In this document: piece after piece, positions 1 to 9,588 of the stretch
Position numbering within the stretch: position 1 is the first letter of the stretch
Layout of the letters: each line of letters starts with the position of its first letter
Assembly (NCBI GenBank): GCA_964348415.1
Contig: CAYGCR010000004.1
Location: 21,651 to 85,650 of the forward strand
DNA length: 64,000 nt
Source of the DNA: an uncultured Ignavibacteria bacterium
GTDB taxonomy: Bacteria > Zixibacteria > MSB-5A5 > SM1-73
Direction of reading: 5' to 3'
The notes under the pieces: model-generated
What the model was told of the DNA's origin: nothing
Seen by the model: only the letters and a program-made list of their open reading frames with translations
Database searches by the model: none
Program-made: the position numbers and the translations under genes

Positions 1-304
<304 letters not shown>

Positions 305-348
305 AATCAGTAAACAGTCTACGGTTTACAGTTTACGGTCTGCAGTTG

Positions 349-425
349 AAAGGCGACCGATGGTTGGTGGGCGCCTTTTCTTCTAAAAAGAATCGGCCAG
401 GCAAAACCTGGCCGATATCTTGAGA
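349..425. terminator. Two adjacent hairpins between convergent genes. The first (aaaggcg..cgccttt plus TTTTCTTCT) is a rho-independent terminator for the + gene ending at 304. The second (tcggccagg-caaaa-cctggccga, followed on the minus strand by TTCTTTTT) is the terminator for the minus gene 466..1146.
   Basis: Inverted repeats and flanking T-runs read directly from the sequence. Confidence 0.55.
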
Positions 426-465
426 CTTCTCAAAACTAACGCTTGCCCACAGGCAAGATAGGGTC

Positions 466-1146
466 CTACATCTTCTCACACATCTTCTTCAGCTTGTCCA
501 GCTGCTCTGGAGTCAGCAGCGCCTTGGCGTTCCGGCAGGATTTGATGCAGGAGAGCTTCATATCCGTCCTTATCTTGGCGACAGACTTCAGCTTGGCCTC
601 TATATCCTTGACGCTGGCCTTCTCGTCGTGCATCACGCTTTTCAGTTCCAGCTGGGCTATCTTCAAGCTGGCCTCGGCCTCGATGCTTCCTCGCATAAAG
701 TTCATCTTGATGGACTTGAGCTCCTCCACCTGCTCATCAGTCAACTCCAGTTCCTTCTCGCAGCAGATGAAGAAGTCCTGTTGGCGGCAGCCCATCATGC
801 CGCCACACATCCCCATCCCACAACACATCTGGCCGCATCCCGTCATGCCGGCACACATCCCCATCCCACAACACATCTGACCGCATCCCATCTGGTGCAT
901 CATGCCTGAACCCATTCCGCAGCATCCTCCCTGATGCATCATACCTGCACCCGTGGAGCCGCATCCCATTTGATGCATCGTCTCTCCGCAGTGGTGTCCC
1001 AATGCTTCCTGGTGCATCATCTCGTCGCCCATCACCTTGATCACCTTCTTGCAACCCTTTCCTATGTCCATCTGGGCGAAGGACCAGGTGAAGGCCAGAA
1101 GCACCAAGAGGACAACTGCACCTCCTGCTAAACCAAGCTTCCTCAT
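466..1146 (-). CDS. Secreted or periplasmic Met/Cys/His/Gly-rich protein with a C-terminal Spy/CpxP/ZraP-like LTXXQ domain. It is a putative metal-binding periplasmic stress protein.
   Basis: There is an N-terminal signal peptide. The middle has repeated MMHQ(x)GCG and GQMCCGMGMC motifs. The C-terminus carries LTDEQVEEL and LTPEQLDKL motifs (LTXXQ) in a helical region, as in CpxP/Spy/ZraP. Confidence 0.6.
   Translation of the reverse strand: MRKLGLAGGAVVLLVLLAFTWSFAQMDIGKGCKKVIKVMGDEMMHQEALGHHCGETMHQMGCGSTGAGMMHQGGCCGMGSGMMHQMGCGQMCCGMGMCAGMTGCGQMCCGMGMCGGMMGCRQQDFFICCEKELELTDEQVEELKSIKMNFMRGSIEAEASLKIAQLELKSVMHDEKASVKDIEAKLKSVAKIRTDMKLSCIKSCRNAKALLTPEQLDKLKKMCEKM
790..900. repeat. Tandem direct DNA repeat of about 54 nt (..catgccg[c/g]cacacatccccatcccacaacacatctg[g/a]ccgcatcc..) encoding the MMHQ/GCG repeats.
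   Basis: Near-identical adjacent copies are visible at about 795-845 and 846-895. Confidence 0.6.
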
Positions 1147-1363
1147 AAATCACCTCCTTCGAGTTTGAGGGACAATATACATATATACTAATATACGGAT
1201 TTAACTCGGATCGATTGTAGGAAGTCCCGTTCTGCGCGCGGAATTTGGCCAGATGCCACAGCCTCTCAGTCTCGGGCGTGAAACCCACCGGTACAGAAGC
1301 CGTAGAAGAATAGTATAGACGGACCTTAATCAAAGGTAACGTTGAAACAAAGGAGATTTCACA

Positions 1364-2062
1364 ATGTCTTTACTCAAAACGGTAGCAGCCATTTCCCTGA
1401 TCAGCTTTCCCATTTCTGTAGTGGGACAGACCTTGCCGATCGCTCAAGCGGCGGAATCCGCAGGCCGATCTTCTTCAGGATCACTTCGAGGTAAACATGG
1501 TATTGAACTGACTATGGGACTTCTCAGTGGGGTCAGCTCCACCACTGAAGTGTCTCCGGGTGATGTAAGGACGAAGAGCGAGGCGAATGGTCTTATCGGA
1601 TCTATTGGCTATACCTACTGGCTTGAAAACGATTGGGCCATCAATGTCAGTACAGGGGTGGTAGACGCAGACGCTACGGTATGGGCGGGTGGTGGCGGCA
1701 CTTATGTTGAATCTGCCGCGGTTGTCCCCATGTTGTTCGGGGTGAAGTATCAGCCCTCTAGACTCATCGACAGCGACGTGGTTCGACCCTATTTGTCTGC
1801 ATCTGTCGGACCCTACCTTGGGTTTGCCTCAAACGTCTGGACAGGGACGGCCGCTTCAGTGGAGTCTCGCGCGGAAACAGCCCTGGGTTCGCGTCTGGCC
1901 ATGGGCGCAGATATTTCCCTCAGCAGATTGTTCAGGCTGGGTATTGGGGGCGGTTATCATTTCGTCACCGATTTTGAAAATCGTATCGGGTCGGAGAAGA
2001 ACCACACCAGTCCCGAGTTTTCCATCTCTTTTGGAATCGTCTTTGGCAAAGGAAGAAAGTAA
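1364..2062 (+). CDS. Hypothetical secreted protein, probably an outer-membrane beta-barrel.
   Basis: It has a signal peptide, alternating hydrophobic beta-strand-like segments and a Gly/aromatic-rich C-terminus (..FSISFGIVFGKGRK). Confidence 0.4.
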   Translation: MSLLKTVAAISLISFPISVVGQTLPIAQAAESAGRSSSGSLRGKHGIELTMGLLSGVSSTTEVSPGDVRTKSEANGLIGSIGYTYWLENDWAINVSTGVVDADATVWAGGGGTYVESAAVVPMLFGVKYQPSRLIDSDVVRPYLSASVGPYLGFASNVWTGTAASVESRAETALGSRLAMGADISLSRLFRLGIGGGYHFVTDFENRIGSEKNHTSPEFSISFGIVFGKGRK

Positions 2063-2134
2063 CCTCGGTGGTACCAGCCACTGGATCTATCTCTTTTCTG
2101 TCAGGATCTACTCCCCTCTACGCCCCAGCCCTCA

Positions 2135-2235
2135 GCGGGTGTGACCTGACAGGTGAAGATTAATTGGGTTGTGATCGGAAGGGGTGCCAGGTCACACTCA
2201 TGGCGTACCATGAGCAAGACCTGACACAACGTGTA
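2135..2235. repeat. REP-like intergenic hairpin element of family 1: GTGTGACCTGACAGG...CCAGGTCACAC...CAAGACCTGACACAAC.
   Basis: A perfect 10-bp inverted repeat gtgtgacctg/caggtcacac is present. Related copies lie at about 30415-30485, 33655-33735 and 35862-35940. Confidence 0.55.
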
Positions 2236-2368
2236 AAAACGGTCATCGCGAGTAGTCCCCGTCCGGGGAGACGTGGCGATCTGCTGTCGGCGATAGGACG
2301 GGGAGGAAGAGATTGCCGCGCTCCTGTTAGTCGTTTGTAATGACAGTATCTAATTCTTCGCGGACGTC

Positions 2369-3844
2369 TTAACGTGCAAGTAGTTCTTCGATCTTCCCCG
2401 CGACCGTTCCTGCGGCTCCATCGTAATTGGCCATTACCGCTACCGTATAACCGCTGTCCAGATACATATCCAGCTTGGCATTGATGCCAGGCGCTCCACC
2501 GCCATGCCCCACGATGCGGTGGCCGTTTACGTTTCGATCCTGAAACAGATAGGCGTACATGCTTTCAGGGCCCATGTGCGCCTTGCCAGTAGTGAGGGTG
2601 TCGAAGGATTCCCTGCTGATAAGCTTGTTGCTGCGCAGGGCAATATCGAACCTTAGCAGGTCTTCTACCGTAGAGAACCCGCCTCCGGCTGGACCGCCTT
2701 TGACAACGTGCATGAAAAGGTTATTGCGCCACGCGCCGCCTGGGCTGCGGCTTCCGTCATAGTCTATCTTGGTATAACCGATGGCTAGATTCGGCACCGG
2801 CGTATCCATCTCGTAGCAATCGGTGTTGATCATTCCGGCGGGCTGGTAAATGTGCTCCCTGATATAATCATAATAGTCCTGCCCGGTGACCTTTTCGATG
2901 ATCATGCCCAGGACGATGGGGCCGGAATTGCTGTAATGAAAATCAGTCCCCGGCTCAAAGAGCAGGCTGTCATCGAAGATCAACTCCGCCAGTTGGCCGA
3001 CGGTCTTGATCTCCCACCAGTGGGCGTCAAACACCTCGTCCCAGTAATCCTGCATCCCCGAGGTGTGAGTAAGCAGGTGGTGAATGGTCACCTTTTCTGC
3101 AATCTCCGGTTGCGGCAGGTCAGGTAGATATTTCCCTACGGGGTCGTTGAGAGAGACTTTCCCTTGTTCCACTAGCTGCATGACGGCCACCCCGGTGAAC
3201 ATTTTGTTCATCGATCCTAAGTTGAACTTGGTGTCCAGCCGGTTGGGGATGTTATATCGCTTGCTGGCTAATCCATGTACGCGGGTGTAGAATGGCTTTC
3301 CATCTTTAGCGATCAGGACCGTTCCGGAGAATCGGTCTTTGGATACCAAGTTATCCAGGTAACGATCGAGGAAATCGACTATCTGCTCCTGCGTCAGATC
3401 ACCTTCCGGCGCCTCAAATCCTGGTTCCTCTCCCGGTCGGATAGAAAGCATATCCAGCTTATGCGGAGGAAGAGTATCGGCCTGTACCCTTAGCATCACC
3501 CACTCAATGGGGCCGCTGGGTCTCTCAGCCTTCATCAGCCCGGAGATGGAGTAGTTACTTGAGTGCTCGATGCGGTGAAGAATAAAGCCGCCCACGTCGG
3601 AGTAGACCTGTTTGAACATGTTCAAGCGGTTTTCAAACTTTCCTTCGCGCTCCTTCCAGTGGTTGTTGATGAAATCGGTCCACTCTTTCTCTTCACCGGA
3701 GTTGAACGCCTCAATAAGGCGAACTAACAACTTGCCTGCAGGCGTGTCTGGTATCTCAGGCGGCGCCTGCTGGGCCCACGATGGAAAGGCCAGGGCACAT
3801 ACCAAGATAAGCGGAACAATCTTCCAGCGCACTCCGTTCTGCAT
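2369..3844 (-). CDS. Secreted serine hydrolase of the beta-lactamase/PBP (class C-like) family with an extra N-terminal domain.
   Basis: It has a signal peptide and an S-x-x-K motif (GSMNKMF) in a beta-lactamase-like fold context (..LLTHTSG..). Confidence 0.75.
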   Translation of the reverse strand: MQNGVRWKIVPLILVCALAFPSWAQQAPPEIPDTPAGKLLVRLIEAFNSGEEKEWTDFINNHWKEREGKFENRLNMFKQVYSDVGGFILHRIEHSSNYSISGLMKAERPSGPIEWVMLRVQADTLPPHKLDMLSIRPGEEPGFEAPEGDLTQEQIVDFLDRYLDNLVSKDRFSGTVLIAKDGKPFYTRVHGLASKRYNIPNRLDTKFNLGSMNKMFTGVAVMQLVEQGKVSLNDPVGKYLPDLPQPEIAEKVTIHHLLTHTSGMQDYWDEVFDAHWWEIKTVGQLAELIFDDSLLFEPGTDFHYSNSGPIVLGMIIEKVTGQDYYDYIREHIYQPAGMINTDCYEMDTPVPNLAIGYTKIDYDGSRSPGGAWRNNLFMHVVKGGPAGGGFSTVEDLLRFDIALRSNKLISRESFDTLTTGKAHMGPESMYAYLFQDRNVNGHRIVGHGGGAPGINAKLDMYLDSGYTVAVMANYDGAAGTVAGKIEELLAR

Positions 3845-3939
3845 AACTCCTCCTCGTCAAGGTTACAGAAGGTACCGAATTTGCGTGACATCCTATTCAT
3901 ACTTCTTATCCGGTTCTTTACGCAGACTAAGGGAATGTC

Positions 3940-4032
3940 GTGCGGTGCGTCTTTGTAGAGCCACTCGGCCAATCTCCTGAATCGGCCGGCCAGGGCCAAT
4001 GGCCCGAGCTCTCTTATCAGATCCACGTGCAA
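3940..4032 (-). pseudogene. Remnant 5' fragment of about 30 codons of a MarR-GNAT regulator gene. It is a duplicate of the N-terminus of the gene at 42508..43518.
   Basis: The translation MHVDLIRELGPLALAGRFRRLAEWLYKDAP matches HVDLIRELGPLALASRFRRLAEWLYKDGP of the 43518 gene. The reading frame then diverges and overlaps the serine-hydrolase gene. Confidence 0.5.
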
Positions 4033-4039
4033 GCCTCCA

Positions 4040-4115
4040 TTGTCTGAACATGAGTTGCCATTCTCCGAATTTATGTAAGTACTTACGCATCGTCAACCGA
4101 TTTGTTTCACAAATC
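4040..4115 (-). promoter_or_regulatory. Duplicated MarR-type promoter and operator region. It has a 12-bp palindrome gtaagtacttac (4075..4086) and a tttgtttcacaaa element.
   Basis: It is about 85% identical to 43520..43585, upstream of the intact MarR-GNAT gene. A perfect palindrome is present. Confidence 0.5.
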
Positions 4116-4406
4116 CGAGCTTCTGATCGCCGGCACAATTTGTGAACGGCGATGCCCGTCGAAATCACTCGCTGCTGATTATGCCCCTTGCTTTCTGTGA
4201 GATCTTGCCCACCCCTGCACGCGTAACCTGGCATGTATGACCAGGCAGCCCAGCTGTCAAGTGTAAGGTCGCACTTATGCCAGGCGGTCGGCAAGGCCTG
4301 ACGCAACCGCGAAGGCCTTGGAATGATGGACCTGGTCATCCTGACTAACTCTTGTGACTTAACCGACCCATCCGTTCTGCTTTTTGTTGACTTGCCCTCG
4401 GAGAGG

Positions 4407-5747
4407 TTACTCCGCTAATCCTGGAGCTTCCACCGGCGCACCGGGCGAAGGCGCAAAACAAGGCTCTTCTGTGTGGGGCAGACAATCTTCGGGTTTCATA
4501 TTCTTAAAACTGGTACGCAGCCCCCAGTTAGTACAAAAATAGAGCAGTGGATGAGCGTAGCTATGAAAGAATCTGGAAAATATCGAGGCTTTGGCGAAAA
4601 AATTTCTCCCCAACCACAGAAAACCTTCCGCCAGTTCTTCCGGGGTCATACTCTTGGGTCTGAAAACCACGGTTCTGTGGTTGTAGTCCTGCCAGTTCTG
4701 GCTTAGGAGCCTTCCTTCCTTCTTGAATCTGTCGAAAATGGTGGTGCCCGGGTAAGGGGTCAGAATATTAAAGGTTGCGCTGGTGATTCTGTTGTTCTCC
4801 AGAAAATTCAAGGTTTTTTCGAATATGCTCTTGTCGTCATGGTCGAAGCCGAACACCAGTGAGGCATGGAAGAGGATCCCGGAATCCCGAATGATCTTGA
4901 TAGCCTGGCTATATTCTTTGGCATCGTCTGGAGCTTTACGGAGCCTTTTTAGATTGTCAGAGGAAACCGACTCTATTCCGATGAACAAGCCGACACAACC
5001 AGATTCCTTCGCCAGCCTCAGTAAAGCCTGGTCCTTTGCCGAAGATATGGATGCCTGGCCGACCCACCAGCGAATTTTCGAATCCAAAAGAGCAGTAAAT
5101 AACTCCCTGGCAAATCTGGCATCCCCCATGATATTATCATCCAGAAAGAAGATCTTCTTACCTTTTCTTGCAGCTATTTCCCTCACGATGTCTCGAACTG
5201 CCCGGTGTCTTATCTTCTTACCATAAAGATGAGTAACCGAACAAAATTCGCAGTTATAGGGACAACCTCTGGTGCACAGGACGGGGCTCACGTGAAAGGG
5301 GGTATGATTGTGGTTAAGCTTGGCTACGGGGAATTTGGCCAGATCGGAATCAAAAGACCGGTAAAATCTTCGTAGCCTATTCTCTCTGAAATCTTCCAAA
5401 AGTTCACCCCAACATCCTTCTGCTTCGCCCATAACTACAGAGTCGCAGTGGGCGATGGCCTCGTCGGGCATGACCGTGGGATGAATCCCTCCCAAGACCA
5501 CCTTGGCACCCTTTTTTCGGAAAGCAGAGGAGAGCTGGTAAGCCCGAGGAGCGGCTGCGGTCATACAGGAGATTCCCACCAGATCGTAGTGTCTGTCAAA
5601 ATCGACCTCCTCGATCTCCTCCTCAACCACATCCACCTCAATCTCGGGCGGAGTCAAAGCAGAGATAACACCCAGGGTAAGCTGAGGCATTCTCAGAAAT
5701 CGGCTCCGCTCTTTGTCCAAAGAAGGAGCTATCAAAAGAATCTTCAT
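4407..5747 (-). CDS. B12-binding-domain radical SAM protein.
   Basis: It has an N-terminal B12-binding-like Rossmann region and a CTRGCPYNCEFC (CxxxCxxC) radical SAM motif. Confidence 0.8.
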   Translation of the reverse strand: MKILLIAPSLDKERSRFLRMPQLTLGVISALTPPEIEVDVVEEEIEEVDFDRHYDLVGISCMTAAAPRAYQLSSAFRKKGAKVVLGGIHPTVMPDEAIAHCDSVVMGEAEGCWGELLEDFRENRLRRFYRSFDSDLAKFPVAKLNHNHTPFHVSPVLCTRGCPYNCEFCSVTHLYGKKIRHRAVRDIVREIAARKGKKIFFLDDNIMGDARFARELFTALLDSKIRWWVGQASISSAKDQALLRLAKESGCVGLFIGIESVSSDNLKRLRKAPDDAKEYSQAIKIIRDSGILFHASLVFGFDHDDKSIFEKTLNFLENNRITSATFNILTPYPGTTIFDRFKKEGRLLSQNWQDYNHRTVVFRPKSMTPEELAEGFLWLGRNFFAKASIFSRFFHSYAHPLLYFCTNWGLRTSFKNMKPEDCLPHTEEPCFAPSPGAPVEAPGLAE

Positions 5748-5800
5748 TTTTTCTTTCGATGTGGGCCTAATCCGGCCACATGTTGGGAAGGTGAGTCCCT

Positions 5801-6007
5801 CTACTCGCTGACTCTCTTGACGCCGATAGCCTGAGGACCCTTCTTGCCCTTGACAATACTAAATTCCAGGTGGTCTCCCTCCTGTAATTCATCGAAGTCC
5901 ACGTCCTGTACTTCTGAGCGATGAAAAAATACCTCCCTTCCATCCTCCGCGGAGATGAATCCAAATCCGCGTTCTCTCATTATCCGCTTTACCGTTCCCT
6001 TGGACAT
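5801..6007 (-). CDS. Cold-shock protein (CspA family).
   Basis: The motifs GFGFI and VFFHRS are present in a protein of about 68 aa. A long AT-rich 5' leader (6008-6400) is typical for csp genes. Confidence 0.9.
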   Translation of the reverse strand: MSKGTVKRIMRERGFGFISAEDGREVFFHRSEVQDVDFDELQEGDHLEFSIVKGKKGPQAIGVKRVSE

Positions 6008-6496
6008 ATTTGTGTTCTCCTTTCAAGGAAGATGTACTGTCCTCTGAAAGTAATTGTTCCTCTTCGGCCCGGTCAGAAACTAATCGGGCTTGAGACTACT
6101 TTTCCTGAATCTCAATCATTGCACAGAGATTCCTATGGTTTGTGATATAACCTTTTATTTCTAAATGTCAAGGTCTATTTACGTTTTTGAATAATTATTT
6201 GAATAGCCAGAGTTATACCGAGCTAATCGACTGATCATTTCTTTGTCTATTGTTCGGAAGATAGACCGGGGTTGGGCTGGCCTGGGATAGAAGAAATGCC
6301 AAGGAGTTTGAATGACTGTTTTTCCTGATTACAGCCGCAGAGGACAAACCTTTTTGGCATGAATGAGATTGAGTTTCCCCAGTCAGCAGGATGCCCCAAG
6401 CCTAATCCAGGCCAGTGAGTAATCCAAGATTCAATAGATTCGGTTCCTGCAAAGAGGGATTGCAGTGCATTTTTTTGGATTTTGCGCCGGACACGC

Positions 6497-6718
6497 TTAC
6501 TGGTCGGGTGGCGACGGCTGGATAGGCGGTTCCCCGCGAGCCAGGTAGACCATCAGGGCATCCGTCTCATCAACCTCGTCTCCGCTTCCCGAATCACTTC
6601 CAGGGTTGCTGAACAATCTGTTCAAAAGCAACTCGAAGTGCTCCTTTTTCATTTTGGTGAAAGCCACATTGTATTTGTATCTTAGCAACTCCCAATCTGC
6701 CCTTTTGAGTTTACTCAT
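6497..6718 (-). CDS. Hypothetical small protein with an acidic Ser/Gly/Asp-rich tail.
   Basis: A strong RBS (AAAGGAGGTG) lies 6 nt upstream of the ATG. It is immediately downstream of the kinase gene. No family was recognised. Confidence 0.4.
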   Translation of the reverse strand: MSKLKRADWELLRYKYNVAFTKMKKEHFELLLNRLFSNPGSDSGSGDEVDETDALMVYLARGEPPIQPSPPDQ

Positions 6719-6786
6719 TCACATCACCTCCTTTTTTTGATTCTCTTTTGCAGTGCCCTCTCAGCAGGAACCAAATCGGTGGAGTT

Positions 6787-9588
6787 TCAGAGTTCTTCCA
6801 ATCGCTTCTTGGCATCTGTCAACTGCGGCAGGTCTTCATCTGCATCCTCCCATATTTCGATAAATTTCTGGAAATGTTGCCTGCTCTTCTTGTCTGTGCC
6901 TTTTTTCTCGTAGAGCAGACCAAGTAGATAATGAGTTTGTGCATAGCTGGGATTAGTTTTAAGCACAGCTTCAAATTGTTCTACCGCGGCATCCCACTCC
7001 CCCATTTTGTAATGGGCTTCTCCCAGGGTATTAATAAAAAATGCGCGGTCCAATATAGGGATGCTGGCTGCTTTGTTGAAGTTTTCCAGTGCCCTTTGGT
7101 GTAGGCCTCTGCTGAGCCAGAACTCGCCCAGAAGGTGATAATAATATACCTTTGGCTCGTCAGCCTCCGTTTTTTTCATCAGCTCACTGATCGCCAGGGT
7201 CTCGATTTCAGCCTGGCTGAACATTGTCTTCTTAATCAATGCTAACCCCAGCATCCAATGGGCCTGTGGCATCTTGGGGTCGAGTCTCAAAGCCTGGCGA
7301 GATTCCTGAACAGCCTCCGTGTAGTCATTCTTCAGGTACTTGAGCTTACCCAATAGAAAGTGAGCGTCCGCTTTCTCAGATTCACTAGTGGATAAGGCAA
7401 GATATCTTTCATAAGAACGCAGCGCTTCGGCATACCTCCCTTTGGCCAAATAAATGTCTCCCAGGCATGCGTGAGCGTCAACAAAATCGGGTTTTGCTTC
7501 CAAAGACTGCTTTAAACGTGCTAGCGCCTGGTCATAATTGCCAACGATGAGATAGAACTCGCCCAAGCAAAGCAAAGGTAAAGGCTGGTTCGGAGATAAA
7601 TCAACGTGCGTCTTGAACGCCGCCTCGGCTTTGCCCAATTCTCCTTTGCGGAGGTAAGCGTAGCCGAGCACCTTGTAGGTAAAGTCGACGACGCGCGGTT
7701 TCATTCCTTGCGGGTCAAGCTCTAACACCTTCTTGAACTCGGCAATGCCTTCATCGTACATCTTTTTCTTTTGGTAGTACACCATACCCAGGTCGATATG
7801 GGCGCGCACGTTTTCCGGATTCATGCTGGTGATCTTTCTTAAATAGGCCACCGCCAAATCCCAATGTTCCTTAATCAGGGCTTCCAACACAAGGACCTCC
7901 AGCAACTTCTCCTGAGTTGCCCTTGTAGATTGGGTAGCAATTGTCTTCAGCTTTTCACAAACTCTCAGAGCTTTCTCGCTCTCGCCAACGGTATAATACT
8001 GCCGCACCAGAGCATCGTAAGCTTCTATGAAACTGGAATCTAAGGCCACCGCTTTCTGCAGATCGTCGATGGCCTCTTGGTTGTAACCTGCGGAACCAGC
8101 CTCTTTTCCCATGACGAAATACCTGTATGCTTCTAAAGAGGTGGTGGTAAGTTCCGTTATGTTCTTCTGTTCTTGTTGGATCTCCCGGGCAGAAATCTCC
8201 ATGTCTTTTTTGATCCTGTCGGTGAGATCATCCACCAAATGTCCCAGTATGCTATTTTCGCCCTCGCCCGTCTCCGTTTGGGCTGCTATAAGCTTTTTCG
8301 TATCCACGTTGAGCACCTGGGTATTTATCACGAAAGTCTCTCCGCTCTTGGCGAGACTTCCCATAACCATCACACGAGCACCGGCCGATTTGCACAGTTC
8401 AAACCCGACAGAGGCATCGATGATTTCGACATCCCCATAGCCCATCGATTGGAGGAGATCGAACATCCGGGGGAAACTCATGACCTGCAGATACCTCGAC
8501 TGGCTGAGATCTGTGATCAGCATGTCAGCTAATGCCTTGCGCAGGTAGTCGTATTTTTCTTCGTTGGTTTGGTTGTCGAAAAACATCACCCCCACAGAGG
8601 TTTTGGAGATCTCTTCCGGGAAAAATAGTTCATGAACTAGCCTGTATAGCTCCTTCCGCGCGAATAAAACCGCTAACACCGTAGCCACAACCAAAGCCGC
8701 GGCAATGAAGAGCGACAGGTTTTGGAGTCTGTAACCTCTTCTTCCAATCGGGAGTTCCTCGGTTATTGACTCCCCTTTCTTTACCGCCTGTAAATCAGTC
8801 AGCATCTGAGCCATAGTCTGGTATCTCTGGGCAGGGTCCTTTTTCAGAGATTTGTGGATAATCGCATTCAAACCTCTCTGGGCCTCCTTCCTCAATCCAG
8901 TGGCAGGCTTTGGCTCTTCATTCAGAATGCAGTGTATCACCGCCCCGTCATGCTCTCCCCCAAAGGGCAGCTGACCGGTAAGCATTTCATACAAGACAAC
9001 GCCCAGTGACCAGATATCGGTGCGTTGATCCAAGGTCTTTCCACGCGCCTGTTCTGGCGACATGTACGCCACCGTGCCCAGCTTTGTGCCGGTCTGAGTT
9101 ACCTGCGTGACTCCCCTGAGCTTGGCTAAACCGAAGTCCATTATCTTGCCAAGGTTCTCACTGGTGAGCATTATGTTGTCTGACTTGATATCACGGTGAA
9201 CGATACCTTTTTGGTGAGCTTTGGATAATCCTTCCGCTATCTGAATGGTCAGATCCAGCATCTTACTCGAATCCCAACCTTGAATCTGTCCCTCCTTGAT
9301 CAGCTGTTTTAGGGACTTGCCTTCGACGTACTCCATGGAGATGAAACATTCACCTTCTACTTCATCGATTTCATAGATTGTGGCTATATTGGGATGATTT
9401 AGTGCTGAGGCGGCTTTGGCTTCACGGACGAATCTTGTCCTGGCTTCTTCATCACACAGCAGATGCTTTGATAGGAACTTGAGGGCCACGACCCGATCCA
9501 ACTTGGTGTCCCTGGCTTTATACACCACCCCCATTCCGCCGCGACCCAGCTGCTCCAATATCCTGTAGTGGGAAACAGTTCTGTCCAT
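6787..9588 (-). CDS. Membrane-anchored Ser/Thr protein kinase with C-terminal TPR repeats.
   Basis: The N-terminus has Hanks-kinase motifs (GRGGMGVVYKA, HRDIKSDN, DFGLAK). A transmembrane segment follows. There are more than eight TPR-like repeats. Confidence 0.85.
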   Translation of the reverse strand: MDRTVSHYRILEQLGRGGMGVVYKARDTKLDRVVALKFLSKHLLCDEEARTRFVREAKAASALNHPNIATIYEIDEVEGECFISMEYVEGKSLKQLIKEGQIQGWDSSKMLDLTIQIAEGLSKAHQKGIVHRDIKSDNIMLTSENLGKIMDFGLAKLRGVTQVTQTGTKLGTVAYMSPEQARGKTLDQRTDIWSLGVVLYEMLTGQLPFGGEHDGAVIHCILNEEPKPATGLRKEAQRGLNAIIHKSLKKDPAQRYQTMAQMLTDLQAVKKGESITEELPIGRRGYRLQNLSLFIAAALVVATVLAVLFARKELYRLVHELFFPEEISKTSVGVMFFDNQTNEEKYDYLRKALADMLITDLSQSRYLQVMSFPRMFDLLQSMGYGDVEIIDASVGFELCKSAGARVMVMGSLAKSGETFVINTQVLNVDTKKLIAAQTETGEGENSILGHLVDDLTDRIKKDMEISAREIQQEQKNITELTTTSLEAYRYFVMGKEAGSAGYNQEAIDDLQKAVALDSSFIEAYDALVRQYYTVGESEKALRVCEKLKTIATQSTRATQEKLLEVLVLEALIKEHWDLAVAYLRKITSMNPENVRAHIDLGMVYYQKKKMYDEGIAEFKKVLELDPQGMKPRVVDFTYKVLGYAYLRKGELGKAEAAFKTHVDLSPNQPLPLLCLGEFYLIVGNYDQALARLKQSLEAKPDFVDAHACLGDIYLAKGRYAEALRSYERYLALSTSESEKADAHFLLGKLKYLKNDYTEAVQESRQALRLDPKMPQAHWMLGLALIKKTMFSQAEIETLAISELMKKTEADEPKVYYYHLLGEFWLSRGLHQRALENFNKAASIPILDRAFFINTLGEAHYKMGEWDAAVEQFEAVLKTNPSYAQTHYLLGLLYEKKGTDKKSRQHFQKFIEIWEDADEDLPQLTDAKKRLEEL

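Noticed and set aside
628-1333. Long ORFs on the + strand (628..909, 934..1131) and an overlapping minus-strand ORF (737..1333) with His/Pro/Thr-rich repeats.
   Set aside because: They are frame-shifted readings of the same tandem DNA repeat that encodes the Met/Cys-rich array of the 466..1146 gene. They have no signal peptide or RBS logic and fully overlap the better-supported gene.
3893-4339. ORF of 148 aa on the minus strand overlapping the duplicated MarR promoter region.
   Set aside because: It spans an obvious promoter and operator duplicate and the 5' stub. It has no RBS and a basic, low-complexity composition, so it is most likely spurious.
8111-8532. Two + strand ORFs inside the Ser/Thr kinase gene.
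   Set aside because: They are antisense to a well-supported kinase/TPR CDS and have no RBS.
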